A stretch of DNA of 64,000 nt from an uncultured Alphaproteobacteria bacterium (GTDB taxonomy: Bacteria; Pseudomonadota; Alphaproteobacteria; Rickettsiales; CAIJLX01), in NCBI GenBank assembly GCA_903821695.1, contig CAIJLX010000051.1:8300-72299 (forward strand). The letters run 5' to 3'. The notes beneath the pieces were generated by a model, which did no database searches, was not told the origin of the DNA, and saw nothing but the letters and a program-made list of their open reading frames with translations. Shown here one piece after another: positions 44,495-55,632 of this stretch. Position 1 is the first letter of the stretch. Each line of letters starts with the position of its first letter. The position numbers and the translations under genes are program-made.

Positions 44495-45621
44495 GCTGCC
44501 ACCTTTTCTACTGGACCACGGCCGGACCACAGCAAAATGCTTTCGCAAATCACATCCGGATATTTGCGCGATTGTAATACTTGCTCACAATTCATTCGGG
44601 CCTGACGACGCAAATCGCTATAACGTTTGAGGTGGAATAAGCACTCCGCATACAGCACCCAGATATCGAGTTTCAGCGTTTCGGAAGTGATAGCACTTTC
44701 AAACCAACGCACCGCCTCTTCGTATTTTTCTTGGCGCATTAGCAAGCGGCCAATCAAATAGAAAATGCGTTTGTCGTTCGGTTTAAAGCTTAAATAATCA
44801 CGATAGAATTTCATTGCAAGCAGGCGCGCTTCGCTTTCTTGCTCAGGTTCCAAAATGGTTGAGAACGCAAGGTCATCATAGACCGATGCAATCGCCAATA
44901 ACACTTCATAACGATCCGGATATTTCTGGCGCAACTTCTCGAGCTTCAACAATTGTGCGAAGAAATTGTTTTTGATTTTCGTAATTGCGGTTGCCGCCTG
45001 TACGCGCACCACGTTGCTCGTATCTTCACGCAGTGCCATTTTGATTACCGAACCGAAATCCGGGTGGAAGAACTGTGTCATTTTCAGAATCGCCTCGCGC
45101 TTTTGCATTTCTGTCCCGCGCTTGATCACATCGACAAACGGGATAATGCTATAATTCATCCAGCTTTTATCGCGGCCATATTGCAGCGCTTCGGCGATTT
45201 CCTGCGGCTGGCTTTTCTTTTGTTCTGGGAAAATCGAATAATACCACTCTGTAAAGCTGGTGGCGTGGCCTTTGGAAATTTTGAATACAATCAGCAGTAA
45301 CATCATACCCGCTGCTGCGAAGGGCCCGAGCACCGTGAGGAAGATCGAGAAGATAATACCGAAACGTGCCCCGATTTTGAGGCGTACCGTCGCAATCGTA
45401 TAGATATATGCCGCTAAGCAGCAGGCGATGTGGATAATGAGTGCCGCAAAGCCTGAATCTTCAAGCAATAACGATACGGAGAAAATTTCTGCGTATAAAA
45501 TCAGTGCCGCTAAAATGAACAGCGTAACCCGGCCAGCAGGCGACGCACGGAACCGCCGATGAATCTCATCGGCATCCATTAATCCTTCCGTGAGGGCGAG
45601 ATTGCGCTTTAAAAAGTTCAT
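44491..45621 (-). CDS. PelE-like inner-membrane protein with HEAT/TPR helices
   Basis: N-terminal TMs, then AL.ED.SN.VRVQAA.A and TPR-like helices; lies between pelD-like and pelF. Confidence 0.7.
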   Translation of the reverse strand: MNFLKRNLALTEGLMDADEIHRRFRASPAGRVTLFILAALILYAEIFSVSLLLEDSGFAALIIHIACCLAAYIYTIATVRLKIGARFGIIFSIFLTVLGPFAAAGMMLLLIVFKISKGHATSFTEWYYSIFPEQKKSQPQEIAEALQYGRDKSWMNYSIIPFVDVIKRGTEMQKREAILKMTQFFHPDFGSVIKMALREDTSNVVRVQAATAITKIKNNFFAQLLKLEKLRQKYPDRYEVLLAIASVYDDLAFSTILEPEQESEARLLAMKFYRDYLSFKPNDKRIFYLIGRLLMRQEKYEEAVRWFESAITSETLKLDIWVLYAECLFHLKRYSDLRRQARMNCEQVLQSRKYPDVICESILLWSGRGPVEKVAA

Positions 45622-47042
45622 GCTGCCGCCTGACCTTGGAAGAGTGATTGAATGTTGAATTGCAGTTCAACACCAGCCAGCGCAGGCTCATTGTTTAAAT
45701 TGATCTGACGCTGAATTTTCTGCACCACGATACTTGCATTATTAAGCGCTGTGTTTGGCAGAATCACCGTAAACACTGAGTGCGGCAATGCATTTTGCTC
45801 GGTCAGGCTTTCCTCAAACAACTGGTCAATTTTGCGTGTATGGCCAGAAATAATTTTACCAAGCGCACGTGCTGCTTCACGACGTGCCGGCTCCGCAATT
45901 TTTGAAGCGCCCACCATACGAATGCTAATGAGCGATGCATCAAAGCCCACGCGTTTCGCAAGTTCCGGCAGATATGCCGCCTGCTGGCGCAAGAAGCTGC
46001 CCGAAAGCACATTGCTATCAGGATTCAGCATGCTGTCGCGTTTCGCAATTTGATAACCAAGTGCACGTGCATAAGCCGCACCGACCCATTCGCAAAGCAC
46101 TTTAAAGCTCTCAATGGTCGAGAAATTGAGCACCGAAAAGCCCATCGATTCGATTTTAAGCATACCGAATACGCGACCGCTCACGACATCATAGAGGCTT
46201 CCCGCCAATACGCCGTGGCCATCCAATTTGCGTTCATCTTCTTCATTTACTAAATTCAATACACGCCCTTTGGTCAACACTTCGCGGTATAATGTGCTGC
46301 TGCTATCATATTCGCGTGGATAGGTAGCATCTGCCGGCCAACCGAAACTGTTTTGCAATTCCAGGCGATCATTTTTAAACAGGAAAATCGAATAACGTTC
46401 TGCATTCAGCAACACGCTCACCAGATTTTCTACACCATCCAATACGCCATTCGGATCGCGCACTTCGATTGCACGCGCTGCATCATAAGCCGAAAATGCG
46501 GTGCGCAATTGACCAGCCACACGGAATTCCAAATTTTCTTTGATCAGACGAATATCATTATATTTTTCAGCAATGGTTTCTTCACGAACGCGGCTTTCGT
46601 ATAATTCTTCTGTCAGCCGTTGTTGGCGACGTACATGGCGCTGGCGCATTTCGCCCAGAATCAATGCTGCCATCAGCCACATAACGGGATTGATGCAAAG
46701 CTCATATAAATGGCTGAAGGAATCAAGGCCTTCGGTTGCATGTACCGGAATATGTGGGTTGCCGAGCAGCAACACGACTGAAGCAACGATTGCACTTAAA
46801 AAGCCTTCTTTCACGCCATATTGCACCGAAGTGAGGAGTACAATAATCCAGAATGGATGCGGGCTTACGCTCCAGAAACGGTCACCTTTAAAGACGAGGT
46901 CGATGAGAATCGCGACCACAAAAAAGATCCCGATCTCAAGCACCGCCGAAGGGCGGATGAGCCATGGGCGTTTCGGCTTATTGACCACTTGTAACTGTGT
47001 GGTTTCTGCCGAACGCGGTGTGGTGGTGGTGACTGCTAACAT
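45618..47042 (-). CDS. PelD-like protein (TMs, GAF, degenerate GGDEF with RxxD I-site)
   Basis: PHPFW..VLL.SVQYG TM region, coiled coil, GAF, RKID at 45825-45836 with no GGDEF motif. Confidence 0.75.
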   Translation of the reverse strand: MLAVTTTTPRSAETTQLQVVNKPKRPWLIRPSAVLEIGIFFVVAILIDLVFKGDRFWSVSPHPFWIIVLLTSVQYGVKEGFLSAIVASVVLLLGNPHIPVHATEGLDSFSHLYELCINPVMWLMAALILGEMRQRHVRRQQRLTEELYESRVREETIAEKYNDIRLIKENLEFRVAGQLRTAFSAYDAARAIEVRDPNGVLDGVENLVSVLLNAERYSIFLFKNDRLELQNSFGWPADATYPREYDSSSTLYREVLTKGRVLNLVNEEDERKLDGHGVLAGSLYDVVSGRVFGMLKIESMGFSVLNFSTIESFKVLCEWVGAAYARALGYQIAKRDSMLNPDSNVLSGSFLRQQAAYLPELAKRVGFDASLISIRMVGASKIAEPARREAARALGKIISGHTRKIDQLFEESLTEQNALPHSVFTVILPNTALNNASIVVQKIQRQINLNNEPALAGVELQFNIQSLFQGQAAA

Positions 47043-47051
47043 ATTAAGCCC

Positions 47052-50000
47052 CTATAACTTCCATTTGAAATAACCGCCAACACGGGTTGAATCTGCGTCG
47101 GATTGTTTAAACCCGATACTATGACTGAACCGTAATTGGAATTCTTTATTTAAGCCGACTTGCTGGATCCAGCGTCCACCGAGATATGGCCCGTTGCCGC
47201 CGAATCGATCATATGCATAACCACCGAACGCTTCCCAATAGGATGCTTCGATCAAATCGGTCGGGATTTCCTGGCGCCAACCGACCGTACCATAATGTAC
47301 TTCGCGGGTAACGAGCGGGTAATAGCGATAATCCTGGCCGGATGGATCGGTGTTATGTTGGACATCCATCGGATATTCCGCATCCAACCCATATTCTGCA
47401 AACAGACGTGGATCAATACGGCTGCCAACATAATAGAGTGGCAAGCGCATTGTGGCACCAACCGTTACTGAGCGATCAACATCTTCAACATCTTCCAAAT
47501 TATAGCGGTTATAGCCAACTGTAACTGACGGCGCGATATCTGGGCGAATGCGGAAGTTTTGCGAATAAGCGATACGGTCGCGGTTCACATAATCGAGCAC
47601 ACCTTCAACGAAATCCCAGTTCGAGCGGTGATATTCAGCATTCACCGTAATATCGCCACGCATATAACGTTTGAGATATTCGATGCCCGCACCTACGGTT
47701 TTCATATTAAAGAAGCCAGACGCCTTCAGCTGATCACCATTATCCAATTCATGACGCAGATAAACTTCCTGACGTACACGGAGCTCATTGGTATCTTCAA
47801 CAGCACCCGTTTCACCGCGGCGCACACCTTCGGCCATCACATAGTTATGATCCGCTACAATGCCCATCACGTTATTCTGATTCGCACGAACTTCACCGCT
47901 AAGCTGGCCGAGAATCTGCGTGTCATCATCAAGCAGCTGAATCTCGCCATCAACCTTCATAAAGCCACGGCGTGATTCTTGAATGCGATTGCGCAGACGT
48001 GCTGCATCTTCATTGGTTGGAGCAAGCACTAACACTTCGTTTACATGCCCCAGTGCTTGCGGTGTATTGCCCATATACCACTCTACGCTTGAAAGCGCGG
48101 CAAGCACCTGCGGATTATTTGGATAACGCGCATTGATAGCCTGCAGGCGATCGCGTGAGCGGGCTTGGTGACCGGTTTCGAGATCCAATTGTGCATGTAG
48201 CAATTCCAGGCGAATTTCACCCTCTTGGCTCACCTGTTCAATGGTTTGCACCGGTATTTGTTTTTCTTCCGGAAGCACAGCCGTAATGGTGAAGGTTTTG
48301 TCTTTGCTCTCCGCGAAATTATTGCTCAAGCGCATACCGCGATCCGCCACCAGCACGATCGAGTCATAGCTGGTCGAGGTCAGCTGTATCCAAGCTGGCA
48401 TTTCTTTGCCGAGCGTACGCAGCAATGGTTGTTTTGAAGCTTCGCCCGTAAATTGAATCACCATTTCGTTTGGCAATTGGGTGCCACGCACTTTGAGCAC
48501 ATGCTGGCGCGGTAATGTGAAGCTGCTCATCTCTGCCGCCATCGGAGTGATCGTCATTTTCTGCACCGTGCGCACATTGTTCTGCGCGATGGTATGGAAG
48601 AATTCACGCGCAGCGTCATATTGCTTGTTGGTCAGCAACAACAACACATAATCGGCCTGCAAATTCTTATCGTCCGGATTTTTTTCAATCACTTTTGCCA
48701 TCATCGCTTGTGCTTCCGGATAACTGCCCAAATGGAACAAGGATTTGGCGGTAATCAATTCCGCATCTCTGGTTTGTGGCGTCACCATTTTCGCGCCAAC
48801 CAATGCACGTTGGTAATAAGGGGTCGCATCCGTTTTGTGGCCCTGACGGGTCAAAATATCCGCCATATCATAGAAAGTGCGGAAATCATTGCCGCCTTTG
48901 GCGTGATATTTTTTAAACACTTCTGCTGCTTGCGTATAATTCGCACGGTTATAGAGCATAATGCCATAATCACGCAGCAAATTGGCATCATCCGGGCGCA
49001 GGCTAACTAATTTCTCGAGCACTTTATCGCCCAATGCCGGGTAATTATTACCAAGCGCCACATTGCGCAAGGTTTCAAGACGTTTTGGATCCTGCGTGTT
49101 GTTAAACATACGGGTTAAATCCGCTTCCGTCGCTGCATTGCCAAGCACGGAAAGAGTTTCGAGATAAATCTCATCTTCCGCCTGGCCACGTTTATCGGCC
49201 GGAATATTCTCGATCAGGCGCAGAATCTGGTGATAGCCACCGCTCGCATAAAGCAGTTTCATCCATTCAATACGCTCTTGTGCTGGTGCATTGACTGCAC
49301 GGCGAGCCATCCAATCCAATTTATCTTCTTCCGGACGAGTGCCCCAGAGATACATTAATTGCTCGAGATCTTTATTGCCTGGGTGCGCGGTGTTCGAAAG
49401 CTCAACGAATAATGCTGCCGCATCTTTTTTGTCGCCTGCGGCCAAAGAATCATATGCAAAGCGGCGTTTCTCGGAATTTGGAGCGCCTGGTCGTGTCGCT
49501 TGTGCTTTTTCGAATGCGCGCAGTTCAGCCATTTTACCCTGTTTACGCAGCATGGCGGTATAGAAATAGCTCCATTTGCTGGTCGGGTTCGCAAGCGCTT
49601 TTTCTTTAATCATCGGCGTATAATCATCCGCTGCATTATAGGTTACCAATTGCTGGATAACCGCAATTTGGCGCTCTTCGGGCACATTTGGCTGAGCCAA
49701 TTCTGCTTTGAGCAGCACAATCATTTCCGGCCAATATTTGGGTTCATTCGGCGCTACCGCATAGAGCAGCGAGCTATACAGCTGCGGATCCATCGCGAAG
49801 CCGTTGTCTTTCAACTCTTTGATATGCTCAAATGCTTCCACTTGCTGGCCATTATTAATCAGCGCCGTCGCATAAAGGAATTGGTCATCATCCTTCGCCG
49901 TGCGCCAATAGAGACGTTTTGCAGCATAAGCCGCAATCGCAGGGTGTTTATAATCATTCGAGATATAGTAAACATCGCGCAATAACGCAGGCGATACAAC

Positions 50001-51476
50001 ATCATCCGCATGCATATTAAGCCACTGAATAACTTCCTTATCTTTACCCGCAGCCGATGCCATTTTGAGCCATGCAATATCCACCATCAACGATGGACGA
50101 GTAACACGGAAACCTTCGAATATTTTGAGGCCTTCTTCGGTCACTTTATGTTGCAACATCAACCATGTCAGCGCGCCGAGATCGTTATCTTCCACTTGTG
50201 TATAAGGGCGCAGGCTAAACAAGAAATCGCGTGATAAATCGACCATACCCGCACGCATCGTTGCCTTGCTCAGGGCCACCGTTTCAAATACTTGAATCTT
50301 TGGTGTTTTATTCAATTGGCTTTGTGCTTTTGCTTGCGCATCTGACTCACGCAATGCGAGCGCAAAAATAGCATCAAGTGCTGGCCATTGCGCCAATTTG
50401 GTTGGCCCAACTGCCGTGCGCAATGCTTTAATTGGATCGGTTTGCTGCTCATCTTGATAGAATTCAGTCAACTGGATGAAGCGGAATTCCGGCAATTTAT
50501 CGACATCGCCAGGACCAGTTAGCGCCTGAATCAGCGGAATATTACGCTGACGGATTGCGACATCCAGGAACAGTTCCTGCAGGCTCTCTGGCAAACGTGA
50601 TGCATTATATAAATTCACCATCCGCTCATAGGCCCTACGCTCCTGCCCGCTCGCAATTTCGGCACGAACGAGAGCAATGGTAATGTCCGGATCTGTCGTG
50701 AAATCACGATAAGGCGCAAGCAGCGCGAGGCTTAAATCTGGGCGACGGCTGGAGTAGAAAATATTGGACAAATGCAACACGGTCTGGCGTCTTACTTTTT
50801 CGTTTTGACCTGCAAGCCACGTGCTCGCAATCGCAAATGCATCATCCTGGCGGCCTAATTGTGAAAGCGCGATCACCCAGCTTTCCATCGCTTCCTGGTT
50901 CATTGCCTTTGGATTGCGCTGGAACAAAGTTTTCATCACATTCGCCGCATCTTCATTGCGGTTCATTTGGCGATAAATAAACGCAAGCTGCGTATAGTTT
51001 TCCGTTTTATCAGGCTCTGATTGCAGCAATTTTTCCAGCACCGCGATCTGCTTGTTATAATCTTGGTTATAGTTATAAATATCCGAAAGTTTTTTGAGCT
51101 TTTCTGGGTCTGCGCGCAGCGTGTTCATTTTTTCGAGCACCCGTGCATAATCCGCCTGACGACCGGCATATTGATAGAGTGTTGAAATTCGGTCCAGCGC
51201 ACGAATATCGTCCGGATTTTTTTGCAAATACGCTTCGAGTAGTGAGATCGCGCGGTTTAACTCATTGTTCTCAAGATAAATGCGCACCAATGGGAATACG
51301 ATTTCCGGCGAAAGATTACCCACCGTCAGCTGGGTTTCATAATCGGCGCGCGATTCGATAAGACCCGAACCGTCGACTTTCATCATCGCGATGCCGGTTT
51401 TGGTCGGCAGCAAATAACTGGCGGATAAAATACCCGCAACAATCAACCCCAAGATAATAATGTACGTGAGACGCAT
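47052..51476 (-). CDS. PelB-like TPR scaffold with C-terminal outer-membrane beta-barrel
   Basis: 1474 aa: N-terminal hydrophobic anchor, many TPR-like repeats, C-terminal ~300 aa of amphipathic strands ending GGYFKWKL. Confidence 0.72.
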   Translation of the reverse strand: MRLTYIIILGLIVAGILSASYLLPTKTGIAMMKVDGSGLIESRADYETQLTVGNLSPEIVFPLVRIYLENNELNRAISLLEAYLQKNPDDIRALDRISTLYQYAGRQADYARVLEKMNTLRADPEKLKKLSDIYNYNQDYNKQIAVLEKLLQSEPDKTENYTQLAFIYRQMNRNEDAANVMKTLFQRNPKAMNQEAMESWVIALSQLGRQDDAFAIASTWLAGQNEKVRRQTVLHLSNIFYSSRRPDLSLALLAPYRDFTTDPDITIALVRAEIASGQERRAYERMVNLYNASRLPESLQELFLDVAIRQRNIPLIQALTGPGDVDKLPEFRFIQLTEFYQDEQQTDPIKALRTAVGPTKLAQWPALDAIFALALRESDAQAKAQSQLNKTPKIQVFETVALSKATMRAGMVDLSRDFLFSLRPYTQVEDNDLGALTWLMLQHKVTEEGLKIFEGFRVTRPSLMVDIAWLKMASAAGKDKEVIQWLNMHADDVVSPALLRDVYYISNDYKHPAIAAYAAKRLYWRTAKDDDQFLYATALINNGQQVEAFEHIKELKDNGFAMDPQLYSSLLYAVAPNEPKYWPEMIVLLKAELAQPNVPEERQIAVIQQLVTYNAADDYTPMIKEKALANPTSKWSYFYTAMLRKQGKMAELRAFEKAQATRPGAPNSEKRRFAYDSLAAGDKKDAAALFVELSNTAHPGNKDLEQLMYLWGTRPEEDKLDWMARRAVNAPAQERIEWMKLLYASGGYHQILRLIENIPADKRGQAEDEIYLETLSVLGNAATEADLTRMFNNTQDPKRLETLRNVALGNNYPALGDKVLEKLVSLRPDDANLLRDYGIMLYNRANYTQAAEVFKKYHAKGGNDFRTFYDMADILTRQGHKTDATPYYQRALVGAKMVTPQTRDAELITAKSLFHLGSYPEAQAMMAKVIEKNPDDKNLQADYVLLLLTNKQYDAAREFFHTIAQNNVRTVQKMTITPMAAEMSSFTLPRQHVLKVRGTQLPNEMVIQFTGEASKQPLLRTLGKEMPAWIQLTSTSYDSIVLVADRGMRLSNNFAESKDKTFTITAVLPEEKQIPVQTIEQVSQEGEIRLELLHAQLDLETGHQARSRDRLQAINARYPNNPQVLAALSSVEWYMGNTPQALGHVNEVLVLAPTNEDAARLRNRIQESRRGFMKVDGEIQLLDDDTQILGQLSGEVRANQNNVMGIVADHNYVMAEGVRRGETGAVEDTNELRVRQEVYLRHELDNGDQLKASGFFNMKTVGAGIEYLKRYMRGDITVNAEYHRSNWDFVEGVLDYVNRDRIAYSQNFRIRPDIAPSVTVGYNRYNLEDVEDVDRSVTVGATMRLPLYYVGSRIDPRLFAEYGLDAEYPMDVQHNTDPSGQDYRYYPLVTREVHYGTVGWRQEIPTDLIEASYWEAFGGYAYDRFGGNGPYLGGRWIQQVGLNKEFQLRFSHSIGFKQSDADSTRVGGYFKWKL

Positions 51477-51560
51477 TTAAATACTAAAAATCCGATAGTT
51501 AAAAAATTAACATCAATCGTTAATGAAAAACAAATAGTGCTGTGGATAATTGATAAATGT

Positions 51561-51576
51561 TTAGAGGTTTTTTAAC
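51561..51576. promoter_or_regulatory. Near-consensus CtrA-type box upstream of the pelB-like gene
   Basis: TTAG-AGGTTTT-TTAAC (one mismatch) plus further TTAA half-sites at 51499-51523; the region is AT-rich, so chance is possible. Confidence 0.35.
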
Positions 51577-51602
51577 CTTTTTGCAAGTATTTAACTGCTT
51601 TG

Positions 51603-52418
51603 TTACCTCACATGCACCAAGGTTCTGTTGGAAATGTAGGGCAACATGTTGTTCTCAAACATTTTTTTAGTTAACATTTCTTCTGTCTTTACATCCGTCA
51701 GATCCCAATATTCCAGACCCAATACACCCACTGCTGGCGCTTTTGCCTTCGCTTTATATAAATAATTGAGGGCATAATCCTGCTCCTCCTTACTTCTTAA
51801 TATATGTTTTTGCTGGGCTGGATCGAAGTTAGTAAACGTACTTTCGGCCAATACATAGTTTAGCATCGGCGCGGTTTCTTCTAACACATGGTAGCCTCGG
51901 TTCTGGATAAGAAGCAAATGCGGGTATGCTTCCCGAATGGCCTTTACCAGCTGCACCGCTGCTTTTTCCATGCCTGGCTTTTGCTCTTCCAGAGCCACCG
52001 GGCTATCTAACGTATCAAACATTAATCCTGCAAAACCTCGTTGTATCAACGGTGGAATTACTTCTTCTAATAACATTTTCTGCCAAAGCGGGTTGCGGAT
52101 ATCAACCACATAACTGCCCGGCCAATGTGGGTTTTCCTGTAGCAGTAGCCCTTCTGCTTTTGCATGCTGATACCACGGGTCGTTCACTGTAATTTCGCCC
52201 AAGCTCACATAACCCACCACCTGCGTATCGTTTTTGATCAGTCTTTTCAGGCTAAAGGGATATAGCCGGTCTAGCACCACCAACTTATAGGATGTAAAAA
52301 CCTTCGGTTTTGCGGTATCACCATAATACACCGCCCAGCCAGTCGGTTTTTGGCAGGACGTTGTAAAAACCAGCAGGACGGCCCACAATAACCCATTGAT
52401 ATATAAACGAAAGTTCAT
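51603..52418 (-). CDS. PelA-type endo-alpha-1,4-galactosaminidase, hydrolase domain only, probable lipoprotein
   Basis: WAVYYG, YVSLGE, GFAGLMFDTLDS, QNRGY, VLAES; signal ending FTTSC; stops at 271 aa with no deacetylase domain. Confidence 0.82.
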   Translation of the reverse strand: MNFRLYINGLLWAVLLVFTTSCQKPTGWAVYYGDTAKPKVFTSYKLVVLDRLYPFSLKRLIKNDTQVVGYVSLGEITVNDPWYQHAKAEGLLLQENPHWPGSYVVDIRNPLWQKMLLEEVIPPLIQRGFAGLMFDTLDSPVALEEQKPGMEKAAVQLVKAIREAYPHLLLIQNRGYHVLEETAPMLNYVLAESTFTNFDPAQQKHILRSKEEQDYALNYLYKAKAKAPAVGVLGLEYWDLTDVKTEEMLTKKMFENNMLPYISNRTLVHVR

Positions 52419-52420
52419 CT

Positions 52421-53074
52421 ATGAAGCATATCATTACTTTCATCATTTTTACAGGGGTTTTACTGTTCCTTTTGTGGCGCGCCTTCCCCGAGGTCGAAAT
52501 CACGCAAAACGACATGGGCACCATCGTCCAATTGCTATTAGTCGGCAGCATGTTGAGCGGCTCGGTGCTGCTACTTTTCCGCCAAAACTTAGGCAAAGGC
52601 TTTCATTACGCCGTGATCTGGCTCACCTTGGGCTTCGCCTGCGTTGTCTTCTATAGCGGCAAAAACGTGATCCTCGCGAGCCTCCTTCCCGGTCATGCCA
52701 CTCAAGGCGAAACCATTACCATCCGCGCCGCCACTGATGGCCATTTTTACCTGGTCGCCGAGGTCAACGGCAAACCCATCCGCTTCATGATTGATACCGG
52801 CGCCTCAACTCTCTTTATTCCCCTACGCACCGCGCAAAGACTGGGCGTTTCGCTCGAAGACCTCGCCTATACCCAAAGCTTCCAAACTGCCAACGGCCAA
52901 ACCTATGGCGCGCCCACTACTTTGAGCACCGTCAAAATCGGCAGCCATGTATTCACTGATGTCCCGGCCTATATCAACCAAGGCGAATCCCTCACCCCAC
53001 TCATGGGCATACGCTTCCTAGATAGAGCTAAGTCCTTGGAAATCAAAGGAGATGAGCTGATTATACATTTTTAA
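52421..53074 (+). CDS. Clan AA (retropepsin-like) membrane aspartic protease, TIGR02281 type
   Basis: TM helices, then DGHF...VNG..IRFMIDTGAS, TANG, LMGIRFL. Confidence 0.9.
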   Translation: MKHIITFIIFTGVLLFLLWRAFPEVEITQNDMGTIVQLLLVGSMLSGSVLLLFRQNLGKGFHYAVIWLTLGFACVVFYSGKNVILASLLPGHATQGETITIRAATDGHFYLVAEVNGKPIRFMIDTGASTLFIPLRTAQRLGVSLEDLAYTQSFQTANGQTYGAPTTLSTVKIGSHVFTDVPAYINQGESLTPLMGIRFLDRAKSLEIKGDELIIHF

Positions 53075-53079
53075 CCTCC

Positions 53080-53105
53080 GATTTCTCACTTGCGCTCGGA
53101 ATGAC
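53080..53105. repeat. Half copy of the palindromic intergenic repeat
   Basis: GATTTCTCACTTGCGCTCGGAATGAC resembles GATTTCTCACTACGTTCGAAATGAC at 14022-14046. Confidence 0.55.
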
Positions 53106-53128
53106 AAATTATAAAATACCGCACTTAT

Positions 53129-54726
<1,598 letters not shown>

Positions 54727-54760
54727 TGAAAATTATACCATCCTCCTGTATTATTAGGGA

Positions 54761-55453
54761 ATGGTAAGGATCACTTCAGATAAAGCGGCTGAGTTACTTT
54801 TTGCTGGAATACCCCATTTTGATTTTAAAAAAGGGATCGGTCCTACTGGAGATCCTGAACTTAGCGCGAATTTAGGCAAAGAAGGAACTCTGCTTGGCAC
54901 AGTATGTTATGGACTAGGCCGTCCGGTAGAGCACGGCAAGCTACACATGTATGCAGAAATTTTTATTAAAGAAACTGTGCAAGGTTTGGGTCTGGGAAGA
55001 GAGTTATTGTGTAATCTTATTGATTATACTCAGGCTCGTGCTGCAGATAAGCTCGAATTTTACGCTTTGGAGGCTGGAACTTATGCGTGGTTGCGAATGG
55101 GATTTTTGCCAACAAGAGAAGATTTTGGTTTTTTAAAAGAACACCTTAACGAACAAAAGCAAATACTCGATCTAACACCCGCCGAAACAGAAATCGTAGA
55201 CGCCATCTGTCTTAGTAAGAAACCAGAAGCAGTACGTATGCTGTTTGGACTAACATCCTCGGACAACACAACAAGTATTGCTTGGCAATTGTTATGGGAT
55301 ACCGAATATTATTTGCAGCTCAATCTTAAAAATCCTGAATCGATGCGGATATTCAGTGAATATACAGGCTGGAAAGATCGGGAGCGGAATATAATATCAC
55401 AGCGTTGGGTAGATGCTATCAGCAAAATTCAGCAAGAAGGGAGACAAAAATGA
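54761..55453 (+). CDS. GNAT-fold acetyltransferase-like orphan
   Basis: Acetyl-CoA motif A VQGLGLGRELL and downstream G.YAW.RMGF; AT-rich. Confidence 0.6.
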   Translation: MVRITSDKAAELLFAGIPHFDFKKGIGPTGDPELSANLGKEGTLLGTVCYGLGRPVEHGKLHMYAEIFIKETVQGLGLGRELLCNLIDYTQARAADKLEFYALEAGTYAWLRMGFLPTREDFGFLKEHLNEQKQILDLTPAETEIVDAICLSKKPEAVRMLFGLTSSDNTTSIAWQLLWDTEYYLQLNLKNPESMRIFSEYTGWKDRERNIISQRWVDAISKIQQEGRQK

Positions 55454-55629
55454 AGCGGCTAGAACAAGCATTAGTCGAAGAAGCCGAGCGGATGCAGGCA
55501 AAATTGCCAGAGCTGCATTACCAGGCTATTCTTCCTGCGATTTACGAAGCACAAAAACATTATATTGCAGATAAAATAATCGAATCTGCATTCGGCATTA
55601 CATTAAAACCCGAAGATAGACGCAGTTAA
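55450..55629 (+). CDS. Small helical hypothetical protein (59 aa)
   Basis: ATGA overlap with the GNAT stop and a GGAG RBS, suggesting translational coupling. Confidence 0.55.
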   Translation: MKRLEQALVEEAERMQAKLPELHYQAILPAIYEAQKHYIADKIIESAFGITLKPEDRRS

Positions 55630-55632
55630 CTA

